NCBI GenBank assembly: GCA_903904885.1
Contig: CAIVED010000037.1
Location: 2,032 to 66,031 of the forward strand
DNA length: 64,000 nucleotides
Direction: 5' to 3'
DNA from: an uncultured archaeon
GTDB lineage: Archaea; Nanobdellota; Nanobdellia; Woesearchaeales; CAIVOO01
This document shows positions 9,241 through 17,135 of this stretch, in pieces. Position numbers and translations under genes: made by a program. The notes below the pieces were generated by a model. The model ran no database searches and had not been told where the DNA came from. It worked only from the letters and a program-made list of their open reading frames with translations. Positions within the stretch are counted from its first letter, which is position 1. Each line of letters begins with the position of its first letter.

Positions 9241-10497
9241 ATGCTGATACTTGGCGTAAAGGGGCGGGAAGTTCTTGATTCGAGAGGCAACCCCACTGTT
9301 GAATGCGATGTTAGGACAGACAAGGGAATATTCTCTGCGATTGTCCCGTCAGGAGCGTCAACAGGAATTCATGAGGCGCTTGAGCTTCGCGACGGCGGAA
9401 AAAGATTTCTCGGGATGGGTGTTTTGAAGGCAGTCAAAAACATCAATGAAACAATATCAAAAAGGATAACTAAAAAGATGTTCACAGAGCAGATGGAACT
9501 TGATGAAACTTTAATCAGGCTAGACGGGACTCCAAACAAGAAAAAGCTTGGCGCGAATGCAATTTTGGCTGTCAGCATGGCCTGCTGCAGGGCTTTTGCC
9601 GCCGAGAAAAACCAGAAACTGTACGAGCATATTGCGGAAATCTCCGGCAACAACAAATTATTGCTGCCGATTCCTGCATTCAACATCATCAACGGCGGAA
9701 AGCATGCGCAGAATAATCTTGACATCCAGGAATTCATGATTCTGCCTGCCAAGGCAAAAACATTCGAAGAGGCCTACCAGATGGGCTCCGAGGTTTACCA
9801 TTGCCTGAAGAAGCTCATAGCAGACAAAAAAGGCAAGGAGCAGACAAATGTCGGCGATGAAGGCGGATTTGCCCCAAAAGTGAGCGGGATGGAAGAGCCG
9901 ATACAGCTGATACTTGATGCAATAAAAGAAGCCGGCTACAAAAACAAAATCTTTATCGGAATGGACTGCGCAGCATCGGAGTTTTACAAGAACGGAAGAT
10001 ACTATCTTGACGGGATAGAATACAGCGCAGGCGACCTGGCAGAAAAATATTACGAACTGTCACAGAAATATCCGATTGTCACAATTGAGGACCCGTTTGC
10101 CCAGGAAGACTGGCAGAGCTGGCAGAAACTAATGGAGAAAATGAAAGGCGTTCAAATTGTAGGTGACGATTTGCTTTGCACAAACACAAAGAGAATTGAA
10201 AAAGCGATTGTCCTGAATGCCTGCAATGCATTGCTTCTAAAAGTAAATCAAATCGGCACAGTTACAGAAGCAATTCAGGCTGCCCAGCTGGCAATGAAAA
10301 ACAAATGGAACATCATGGTCAGCCACAGGAGCGGGGAAACAGAGGACACCTTCATTGCAGACCTGGTTGTCGGGCTTGGCTGCGGGCAGATTAAATCCGG
10401 CGCTCCCTGCAGGGGAGAAAGGACAGCAAAATACAACAGGCTTCTCAGGATAGAGGAAGAGCTAGGGAAGAAGGCGAAGTTTAATTCTTTGAAATAA
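9241..10497 (+). CDS. eno: enolase
   Basis: [61 protein letters not shown]. Confidence 0.98.
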   Translation: MLILGVKGREVLDSRGNPTVECDVRTDKGIFSAIVPSGASTGIHEALELRDGGKRFLGMGVLKAVKNINETISKRITKKMFTEQMELDETLIRLDGTPNKKKLGANAILAVSMACCRAFAAEKNQKLYEHIAEISGNNKLLLPIPAFNIINGGKHAQNNLDIQEFMILPAKAKTFEEAYQMGSEVYHCLKKLIADKKGKEQTNVGDEGGFAPKVSGMEEPIQLILDAIKEAGYKNKIFIGMDCAASEFYKNGRYYLDGIEYSAGDLAEKYYELSQKYPIVTIEDPFAQEDWQSWQKLMEKMKGVQIVGDDLLCTNTKRIEKAIVLNACNALLLKVNQIGTVTEAIQAAQLAMKNKWNIMVSHRSGETEDTFIADLVVGLGCGQIKSGAPCRGERTAKYNRLLRIEEELGKKAKFNSLK

Positions 10498-10619
10498 AAA
10501 ACTCCGTCCTAAGTGACAGAATACTCTTTAGGTAGCTTAGTACATCTTGACGGAGTTTTTTAGCAGAAAAAGAATGTGCGGGTCAAACACCATCCTAAAG
10601 GAATATGTGTTCTTTTTCT
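10497..10619. other. two long-loop inverted repeats downstream of eno
   Basis: AAAAACTCCGTC/GACGGAGTTTTT (10497-10560) and AGAAAAAGAA/TTCTTTTTCT (10565-10619). Confidence 0.6.
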
Positions 10620-10664
10620 CGAATAACCAAAATCTTTAAAAACAACCTCCTTCTTTGATTAGCT

Positions 10665-10940
10665 ATGGAACACAAAGCAAAGGCAATAATCATCGGAAGG
10701 AAAAAGGAGTCCGGGCAGTACGGCGCATTTGTGGCTATTTTTGACATGAATGACCCGCACAAGAGCGGTCAGGCGCCGAGAGAGATTATTGATTTCCTCG
10801 GATGCAGGAATGTGAAGATAAAGGGATTCGACCTGAAATTCATGATTGGCGGGGCGGACATCGTCATCAATGACATTGAAAAGCTTGAAATCGAAGACAA
10901 GGATATGCGGGTCACCATAACCGGCAAGCAGAAGAAATAA
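10665..10940 (+). CDS. hypothetical protein
   Basis: 91 aa ORF, 2 nt from the next gene and preceded by a TATA-like CTTTAAAA. Confidence 0.65.
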   Translation: MEHKAKAIIIGRKKESGQYGAFVAIFDMNDPHKSGQAPREIIDFLGCRNVKIKGFDLKFMIGGADIVINDIEKLEIEDKDMRVTITGKQKK

Positions 10941-10942
10941 GA

Positions 10943-11608
10943 ATGCTTCTTGAAGACATAAAAGACAAAATCCATCCTGAACTTTATTCTGTTCTCAATA
11001 AAGAGAAAATAAAAGAGCTTAGGCCTGCCCAAGAAAAGGCGATTAATGCGGGGCTTCTTGACTGGAAAAATCTTCTGGTCTGCACCCCGACAGCTTCAGG
11101 GAAAACACTGATTGCGGAAATTGCCGCGATGAATTCAATTTTGAAGGGAATCGGAAAGGCAATCTACATTGTCCCGCTGAAAGCGCTGGCAACAGAGAAA
11201 TTCAAGGATTTCAAAAGGAAATACGAGCACCTGGCAAAAATAATTGTTTCAATCGGCGACAGGGATACTGCCGACCCGTTCATCAGCAAATATGACCTGG
11301 TCATAACAACATCAGAGAAGCTTGACTCGCTAATCAGGCACAAGGCGCCCTGGCTGAAGGACGTGAAAGTCATAATTGTTGACGAGATTCACCTGATAAA
11401 CGACCCGGGCAGGGGACCGACGGTTGAGATTCTGATAACGCTTCTGAGGCAGCTTCTGAAAGACGTCCAGATTATCGGGTTAAGCGCAACAATCGGCAAT
11501 CCAAAAGAACTGGCGAAATGGCTGAATGCCAAACTTGTAGAAGACAGCTGGAGACCGGTTGAACTGCGCAAGGGGATTTACCTGAATGGGAACGTGGAGT
11601 TTTATTAA
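10943..11608 (+). CDS. Ski2/Hel308-like DEAD/DEAH helicase, RecA1 domain only
   Basis: LRPAQEKAI, PTASGKT, PLKALA, DEIH, LSAT, WRPVEL. The ORF stops at 221 aa. Confidence 0.85.
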   Translation: MLLEDIKDKIHPELYSVLNKEKIKELRPAQEKAINAGLLDWKNLLVCTPTASGKTLIAEIAAMNSILKGIGKAIYIVPLKALATEKFKDFKRKYEHLAKIIVSIGDRDTADPFISKYDLVITTSEKLDSLIRHKAPWLKDVKVIIVDEIHLINDPGRGPTVEILITLLRQLLKDVQIIGLSATIGNPKELAKWLNAKLVEDSWRPVELRKGIYLNGNVEFY

Positions 11609-11631
11609 AAAAATAAAATAAATAGAATTAT

Positions 11632-11856
11632 TTATTTCTTCGCCTTCAATCCCAACAGCGCGATTACAAACACAATCGCATACATCACAAATCCATAGAC
11701 GCAGGAAGGCAGTCCGATGATGCTTGTGCATCCTCCTCCCAATGCGCAGAATTTCTGGAACAGTTCAGTGTAGCTCAGATATCCTGAGAAAGCCATTCCT
11801 GCGATGGAAATCCCAAAAATTATCTTCAATGCTGTTTTTTTGTTTTTAATGCACAT
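11632..11856 (-). CDS. small membrane protein resembling N-terminal half of VKOR family
   Basis: Two TM helices, SGYLSY..CALGGGC..GLPSCVYG. Confidence 0.55.
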   Translation of the reverse strand: MCIKNKKTALKIIFGISIAGMAFSGYLSYTELFQKFCALGGGCTSIIGLPSCVYGFVMYAIVFVIALLGLKAKK

Positions 11857-11925
11857 TTTGACACCTCTTTCTCTTTATTATGTACTTCTCTCTTTTAAAA
11901 TTTAACTGTAAAAATAGCATGATAC

Positions 11926-12179
11926 GCAGTTCTTAACATTTCTGCTTGCTGTTTATTGTCCCCTCACTGCCAGAACTGCCATAAACTGCAAGAAATGGCC
12001 TTGCCATTCACAAGAAAAGCTTCGCTTTTCTGTGCCCAGAAAACGCTTTGCGTTTTCTTGGGTTCTGCACAGAAAATGCTATGCATTTTCTTGTGCCTTC
12101 GGCAGTTAGTATAAACTTCTTGTATGGCACTCAAGCAGAAAAAGCCAAACAACTTGAAGTATAATGCAAGAACCAGCAA
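11926..12179 (-). repeat. dispersed structured intergenic element, copy 2 (full, expanded by mini-palindromes)
   Basis: TAATGCAAGAACCAGCAA at 12162-12179, GCAGTTCT/AGAACTGC stem at 11926-11979, and three bulged AGAAAA..TTTTCT palindromes at 12009-12096. Confidence 0.85.
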
Positions 12180-12233
12180 ACGGGATTTTATTATAAGAGC
12201 TAAAAAAGAAAAAAGAAGAAAATAAAATAAAAT

Positions 12234-12947
12234 TTACTGCTGCTGGTACTTCGCCATCTGGGCCTTTATGTCCTGGTTGTCCTGCGGTTCTGCCGGTAAT
12301 GTGAATACCGAATCGGAAACGCTTGTTGAGTATTCTGTCGCAGTCCTCTCAAATGTGCTGTTGTCGGAGGTTGATTTTATGTAAAGCGGAACTCCCTCCT
12401 TGGAATAGCACAGTTCAGCAGTTCCCTGGCTGTTTGCCATACTGAAGCATTTTGCCGTTGTTCCCGCTATCTGCCTTGAAGGCATCACAGCAATTTTGTA
12501 GCTGTCAATATTTCCCTCAACCTGCTCTGTCCCGGTCTGGGGCTGCTCTGACTGGTTGCCGAAAAAGACGCACATTTTCGGCATGGATGAGCATTGGTAC
12601 ATCTTGCCGTCAATCGCGAAAAGTGAAACCTGGTTGCCGTGGGAAACCATGTCGTATCTCATGTTCTTGTTTTTGAAATACATGGTCATCTTTGCCAGCT
12701 CTTCCTCGCCTTTCACATCATAGCTTACCTGGTATGTCGGAGACTTGCCCGAAATCAGGCCCGTGATAACGCCCTTCGCGTCCCCTGAAGGAACTGCTTC
12801 ATTGCCCGTAGCTGCCGGTTGAGCTTCCTTTGTTACTGCAGGCGTTCCAGCCTCCTTTGCCGCCGGCTGATTCGCGCATGAAGAAACCAAAACTATGATT
12901 GCGAAAAACAAAGAAAGAAAAATAAAAAATCGGTTTAGATTTTCCAT
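12234..12947 (-). CDS. putative secreted lipoprotein
   Basis: Hydrophobic signal ending VSSC, a P/A/T-rich linker, and a beta-rich Cys-containing domain. Confidence 0.65.
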   Translation of the reverse strand: MENLNRFFIFLSLFFAIIVLVSSCANQPAAKEAGTPAVTKEAQPAATGNEAVPSGDAKGVITGLISGKSPTYQVSYDVKGEEELAKMTMYFKNKNMRYDMVSHGNQVSLFAIDGKMYQCSSMPKMCVFFGNQSEQPQTGTEQVEGNIDSYKIAVMPSRQIAGTTAKCFSMANSQGTAELCYSKEGVPLYIKSTSDNSTFERTATEYSTSVSDSVFTLPAEPQDNQDIKAQMAKYQQQ

Positions 12948-13261
12948 TTTTCAGCAATCCCGCCGATTACCGGCAATGGCTTGTACTTTCCTGTTGCTGC
13001 GTTCACAATTCCGATTATGAACAGAACAAGTACCACTATCCACAGCAGTGTGTCTATGACCCATCCGATGAACGGGATGAACATCAGCACGAATGCGATG
13101 ACCCATATAATTATTGCCGCTATGAACAGCACCAGGCCCTGCTTTGCATGGTACAGCGCAAACTTGTTGTCCTTCTTTGCAAGCAAAGGAACAAGAAACA
13201 AAATCCCAATGTAGCCGATTACGGCCCAAATAATTCCTTCTTCAACTTCTTTATCTGCCAT
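12935..13261 (-). CDS. DUF4870-like integral membrane protein
   Basis: GYIGILFLVPLL..KFALYHAKQGLVL, YKPLPVIG, with a GGAGGTG RBS. Confidence 0.8.
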   Translation of the reverse strand: MADKEVEEGIIWAVIGYIGILFLVPLLAKKDNKFALYHAKQGLVLFIAAIIIWVIAFVLMFIPFIGWVIDTLLWIVVLVLFIIGIVNAATGKYKPLPVIGGIAEKWKI

Positions 13262-13357
13262 CAAACCACCTCCAATGGAGCTATGTTTGATTATTTGTTT
13301 TTAAAGGTTTTGGTCAGAAGCCTTTGAAAGAAAAAATAAAAAAATCTTCCATTAATT

Positions 13358-13425
13358 CAGCCCATCATGCCTCACCTCCAGCTAATTTCGGATTAGTGTT
13401 CATGCAAATCATGATGGCGGGGCTG
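13358..13425. other. stem-loop element 3' of ftsY
   Basis: CAGCCCATCATG...CATGATGGCGGGGCTG enclosing CTAAT-TTCGG-ATTAG. Confidence 0.5.
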
Positions 13426-13469
13426 CTTAAATAGGATGTTAATGAAAAGTATAGAACTATAATCCACAA

Positions 13470-14813
13470 TTACAGGCCCAGATTCCCCATAATCTTCTTC
13501 TTGTCAAATTCCTCGATGTCGTCGTAGCCCTGGCCGCTTCCCAAAAACAAAATTGGCTTCTTGGTTACGTAGGCCGCGGATATTGTTGCACCGCCTTTCT
13601 CGTCCACGTCCGCCTTTGCCAAAATTATGCCATCAATTCCCGTAGTTTCTGCATACTTCTCTGCCTGCTCAACCATGTCGTTGCCCGTGAGGGAATCGCC
13701 GACAAATATTTTCATGTCCGGATTTGACACGCGAATTATTTTTTTCAGCTCGTCCATGAGATTTGCGTTTGAATGGCTTCTTCCGGCAGTGTCAATCAGA
13801 ACGACATCAATGTTTTTTGCCTTGGCATATTGAATGGCATCGTAGGCAACCGCAGCGGCGTCTGAACCGTATTCGCTTTTGATTACTTTTACTCCGAGAT
13901 TGTCGCCGTGCTTCTGCAGCTGGTCTATGGCAGCTGCCCTGAATGTGTCTGCGGCAGCCAAAACAACGGAAATTCCCTTTTTCTTTATGGCATTTGCCAG
14001 CTTTGCTATCGAAGTCGTTTTCCCGCTGCCGTTTATGCCGAAAAAGCAGATGACAAAGGGCTTCTTTGATTTTATAGTCTTGAAAAAATCAACCTTCTCC
14101 TGGGTAAGAACATCGTCAATCCCGTCACGCAATGCGCCGATTATGGTTTCCTCTATTGCCGACCTTTTCAGCTTTTGATTAACCAATTTTGCCTTCATGT
14201 CGCTTTTTATTTTTTCAATTACAGCCACAGCAACATTGTTTTCCAGCATCGCAACTTCCAGCTCCCAGAATATCTCGTCAAATTTTGATTCTGATAATGT
14301 TTTTGTTGTGAAAACCTCGCCAAATTTCCGGAAGAATCCCTTTTTCTCCTCTGCCTCTTCTTCGGCTTCTTCCTCAGCTTCTTCCGGCTTCTCTTTCTTT
14401 TCCTCTGGCTTTGGCTTTTCCTCTTTTATCTTTTCAGGTTTCTTTTCTTCCTTTTCTTCTTTTTCCTCTTCTTCCTCTTCAGCCTCTTCTTTAGGGCCGG
14501 CAAACTTTTCTTTTAATTTTGCAAAGAAACCTTTTTTCTCCTCGGGAACTTCCTCCTCAACCTTTTTCTCTTCCTGTTTTATTTCCTTTTTTATCTCTTT
14601 CTTGGCTTCGGGCTTTTCTTTTCTTATTTTTTCAGCAACTTCCGGCTTTTCTTTCTTTGCCTCTTTCTTCAGTTCCTCTTTTTTCTTCTCAGGCTTTTTT
14701 GCTTCCTTTGGTTTCTCTTTCTTTGCCTTGGGCTCTTCCTCTACCTCTTCCTCAACCTTCCTGGAGAATATTGAAACCGCGCTCTTCAGTTTTTCTTTTA
14801 GAAACTTGAACAT
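13470..14813 (-). CDS. ftsY: SRP receptor FtsY
   Basis: [35 protein letters not shown], and a long Glu/Lys N-terminal region. Confidence 0.97.
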   Translation of the reverse strand: MFKFLKEKLKSAVSIFSRKVEEEVEEEPKAKKEKPKEAKKPEKKKEELKKEAKKEKPEVAEKIRKEKPEAKKEIKKEIKQEEKKVEEEVPEEKKGFFAKLKEKFAGPKEEAEEEEEEKEEKEEKKPEKIKEEKPKPEEKKEKPEEAEEEAEEEAEEKKGFFRKFGEVFTTKTLSESKFDEIFWELEVAMLENNVAVAVIEKIKSDMKAKLVNQKLKRSAIEETIIGALRDGIDDVLTQEKVDFFKTIKSKKPFVICFFGINGSGKTTSIAKLANAIKKKGISVVLAAADTFRAAAIDQLQKHGDNLGVKVIKSEYGSDAAAVAYDAIQYAKAKNIDVVLIDTAGRSHSNANLMDELKKIIRVSNPDMKIFVGDSLTGNDMVEQAEKYAETTGIDGIILAKADVDEKGGATISAAYVTKKPILFLGSGQGYDDIEEFDKKKIMGNLGL

Positions 14814-14815
14814 AT

Positions 14816-15214
14816 TTACCCTTCCCTTGAAACAGCAGCCTCTATCTCGCCGGCCCTTGAAGAAAGCAGCTGCATGCCCTTGGCCATCTGCTCCCTATAA
14901 CCCCTCATCTCAACAAGCTGCTTTTCTATCAGCCCCTTTGTTTCGACGGCGGGTTTCTCAACAGCAACCCCTGCGCCGACATTAACTATGAAGTTATCCG
15001 TGTCATGCAGTTTTGCCTTTGCGTAAATGCCAGAGCTTACAGGAACAAATGCTTCCTCCCCGGATTTGCTTTTCAGCTCGTCAATGCTTTTGACAGCATT
15101 TTCAAATTCAATTATATTCTGCTCCAGGTTTTCCATCTGCTGCTGGAGCTGCTTCATCTGCTCCTCAATCATCTTCAGTTCAAAATACGCTTCCCGCGCT
15201 TCTTTCTCATTCAT
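14816..15214 (-). CDS. pfdA: prefoldin alpha subunit
   Basis: Coiled coil plus EAFVPVSSGIYAKAKL..FIVNVGAGVAVEK, adjacent to ftsY. Confidence 0.93.
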   Translation of the reverse strand: MNEKEAREAYFELKMIEEQMKQLQQQMENLEQNIIEFENAVKSIDELKSKSGEEAFVPVSSGIYAKAKLHDTDNFIVNVGAGVAVEKPAVETKGLIEKQLVEMRGYREQMAKGMQLLSSRAGEIEAAVSREG

Positions 15215-15936
15215 TTTTCTTCAGCTATGCTTATGTCAATGTCCCCGAAAGGAGACTGCTGGTCAATGTCAACCTTGCCCTGGGTTGTGAGGTGAAGCAA
15301 AGGCACCAGGGTTACAACCTGGTCCTCTTTCGTGTCAGAGCCCACAAGCTCGGAAAAAGTAAGCCTGCCTTTTTCTGAAAACATTTTCCTTATTTTCCTG
15401 TTCAGGTCAAGTATTAATTTTGTTACATCCAATGTCCTGTCTATGAACGGCATTTCCATGGGAACAACAACATCCCTCAGCACTCTCCTCTGCTTAACCT
15501 CCAGGGCCTTCTGAAGAGCCTCAACAAGGTCAAAAACAGAAATCTTCCTTTTTCTCGGCTGGGGAGTTCTCGGAATCAGGGTTATCTTGTCTGAAGGAAT
15601 CCCATCAAGTGAAAACCGCTGGTAGCCAACTTCATCATCATCCTCAAGCGCAGGAGGGTTAATTATGTCATCAAGCCGCGATTCCTCATCAAGAAGCTTT
15701 GTGGATTTTATGTTAAGGAGTATTGCTGCCGCAAGCACAACCTTGCCCGATATCCTTACATCAAACTCCTGCAGTTTTTTCAGGGTTGCTATGTATTTAT
15801 GGGAAAGCAGCGATATGTTGATATCCCAGGGATCCATCTCCTCAGTCTTTACAAGCTCGTAGATGATGGACTGCCAGGTAATCTCGTTTTCATTGAATAA
15901 AATTTCGAAAATCCGGTCTGTGCTGCTCACTGCCAT
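15211..15936 (-). CDS. scpA: segregation and condensation protein A (kleisin)
   Basis: MDPWDINISLL, SGKVVLAAAILL, LVEALQKAL, and a C-terminal winged helix LHLTTQGKVDIDQQSPFGDI. ATG 15936 chosen because a TATA lies about 25 nt upstream. Confidence 0.9.
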   Translation of the reverse strand: MAVSSTDRIFEILFNENEITWQSIIYELVKTEEMDPWDINISLLSHKYIATLKKLQEFDVRISGKVVLAAAILLNIKSTKLLDEESRLDDIINPPALEDDDEVGYQRFSLDGIPSDKITLIPRTPQPRKRKISVFDLVEALQKALEVKQRRVLRDVVVPMEMPFIDRTLDVTKLILDLNRKIRKMFSEKGRLTFSELVGSDTKEDQVVTLVPLLHLTTQGKVDIDQQSPFGDIDISIAEEK

Positions 15937-16088
15937 GGATGCTTTTTTACAGAGTTTATTTATAAAGTTATGCCTCAATCCGGGCTCCGGCACCCTCCAG
16001 CAACCCCCAAAAAAAGCGATAGATTTAAATATAACTAACTGTTTTTTAGGCGGATAACAAATATTTTAAAAACCAAAAGAGGGGGTTT

Positions 16089-16700
16089 ATGATGGCAAAG
16101 AAAAAGTCAAAATCCAAAAACGTTAGAAAAGCTGAGCCAGTCAAAAAGGCTCAAAAAAAGAAAACAAACACCGTAGGGTGGGTTATTGGCGCGATAATCG
16201 TCATCGTTATTATCATAGCGATTATCCTTCTAATGCGAGGAGTTACAAAAGCTCCAGTTGTACCTACAACTCCAACTACACCTGCTGCACCAGCGCCAAC
16301 AGAAACGACGCCTTCTGCAAAACCTGAAATAGTTGCGCAGGGACCTGAAGAAATCAAGGCCTGCACAATAAGATACGCAATCGGATGGCCTAAAAACAAG
16401 CTAGGCAATGAGGTCTGTTCAATAAGCGGAACCCAGGTTAATGCGCAGATTATGTACTCAGGAAAGGGCGACTCGTTGAGCGGAATGTGGTTCAAGATTA
16501 CAACCACTGATGGAAAGGTTCAGTACCTTAAGGACTCAACAACTGTAAAGTCCAATGAAACAAGGACCTACTCCGTTGATGTTGGCCAGAAAATAGAAGA
16601 CATGTTAGCATTGCCTATAATTGCAATCGACAATGTTGACAAGGCCTGCCTTAACCAGAGGCTTTTGGTCATAAAAGCTGAAAGCTGCGTAGCAGGATAA
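16089..16700 (+). CDS. membrane-anchored surface protein, paralog of 61875-62447
   Basis: Lys-rich N-terminus, one TM, a P/T/A linker, and a 4-Cys domain ending ACLNQRLLVIKAESC. Confidence 0.75.
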   Translation: MMAKKKSKSKNVRKAEPVKKAQKKKTNTVGWVIGAIIVIVIIIAIILLMRGVTKAPVVPTTPTTPAAPAPTETTPSAKPEIVAQGPEEIKACTIRYAIGWPKNKLGNEVCSISGTQVNAQIMYSGKGDSLSGMWFKITTTDGKVQYLKDSTTVKSNETRTYSVDVGQKIEDMLALPIIAIDNVDKACLNQRLLVIKAESCVAG

Positions 16701-16767
16701 ATTTTTTATTTTCTCTTTTATTTTTTTGTTTTATTAACTCCTTATCAGGTTTCTAACAAAAGCCCCC

Positions 16768-16903
16768 TTGCTGGTTCTTGCATTAGTCTTAATGCTCAGT
16801 TTGCTTCTTCTGCAGCGCAAGAAAAGCTTTGCTTTTCTGCGCGCAGAAAATCCCCGGGGGATTTTCTTGCGGATTGCCATGCAAGAAGTAAAGAAGTAAT
16901 ATT
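16768..16903 (+). repeat. dispersed structured intergenic element, copy 3 (5' half, with two inserted mini-palindromes)
   Basis: TTGCTGGTTCTTGCATTA-N21-CTTCTGC, insertion at 16815-16870, then TTGCCATGCAAGAAG. Confidence 0.8.
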
Positions 16904-16906
16904 AAC

Positions 16907-16993
16907 TGCGCCGACCGGGATTCGAACCCGGGTCACAGCCTGTTTGCATTCTAGTTTGGCAAGGCCGCATACTGACCACTGTACTATCGGCGC
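16907..16993 (-). tRNA. tRNA-Gly(GCC) with 15-nt intron at 37/38
   Basis: Cloverleaf GCGCCGA/TCGGCGC, T-loop TTCGAAT, and BHB with TTGC/GCAA central helix. Confidence 0.92.
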
Positions 16994-16995
16994 GC

Positions 16996-17087
16996 TGGGC
17001 CCGACCGGATTCGAACCGGTGACATACACCTTTCCTGCTTCTTTTGAAAGCTGTAAGGGTGTCGTCATACCGCTAGACCACGGGCCC
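16996..17087 (-). tRNA. tRNA-Val(TAC) with 20-nt intron at 37/38
   Basis: GGGCCCG acceptor, ACACC/GGTGT anticodon stem, TTCGAAT. The BHB central helix is imperfect. Confidence 0.9.
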
Positions 17088-17135
17088 GATAAGAAGTAAA
17101 TTTAAGACCTGTTTTAAAAATCTTTTGAAAATGAA

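Noticed and set aside
11609-11700. Frameshift or stop read-through completing the half helicase
   Set aside because: The downstream frames are AT-rich or antisense to the small membrane gene and contain no helicase domain-2 motifs.
11964-12179. Repeat family as a short peptide gene (LLVLAL...; track ORFs 11964-12179 and 48139-48462)
   Set aside because: The 21-nt spacers keep frame in four copies, but copy 2 has 20 nt (frameshift). There is no shared start or RBS, and the base changes are compensatory for pairing rather than synonymous.
13358-13425. SRP RNA or fluoride riboswitch next to ftsY
   Set aside because: It is far too short for archaeal 7S RNA, has no SRP helix-8 motif and does not match the crcB consensus as I recall it. 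It is kept only as an unassigned hairpin.
14197-14985. Long Ser/Phe-rich plus-strand ORF (also 25767-26330, 54352-55158, 17352-18173)
   Set aside because: These are antisense shadows of low-complexity or well-supported genes on the other strand.
16796-17068. Track ORFs over tRNA-Gly/Val (also 62496-62727 over tRNA-Pro)
   Set aside because: These are chance frames across tRNA genes.
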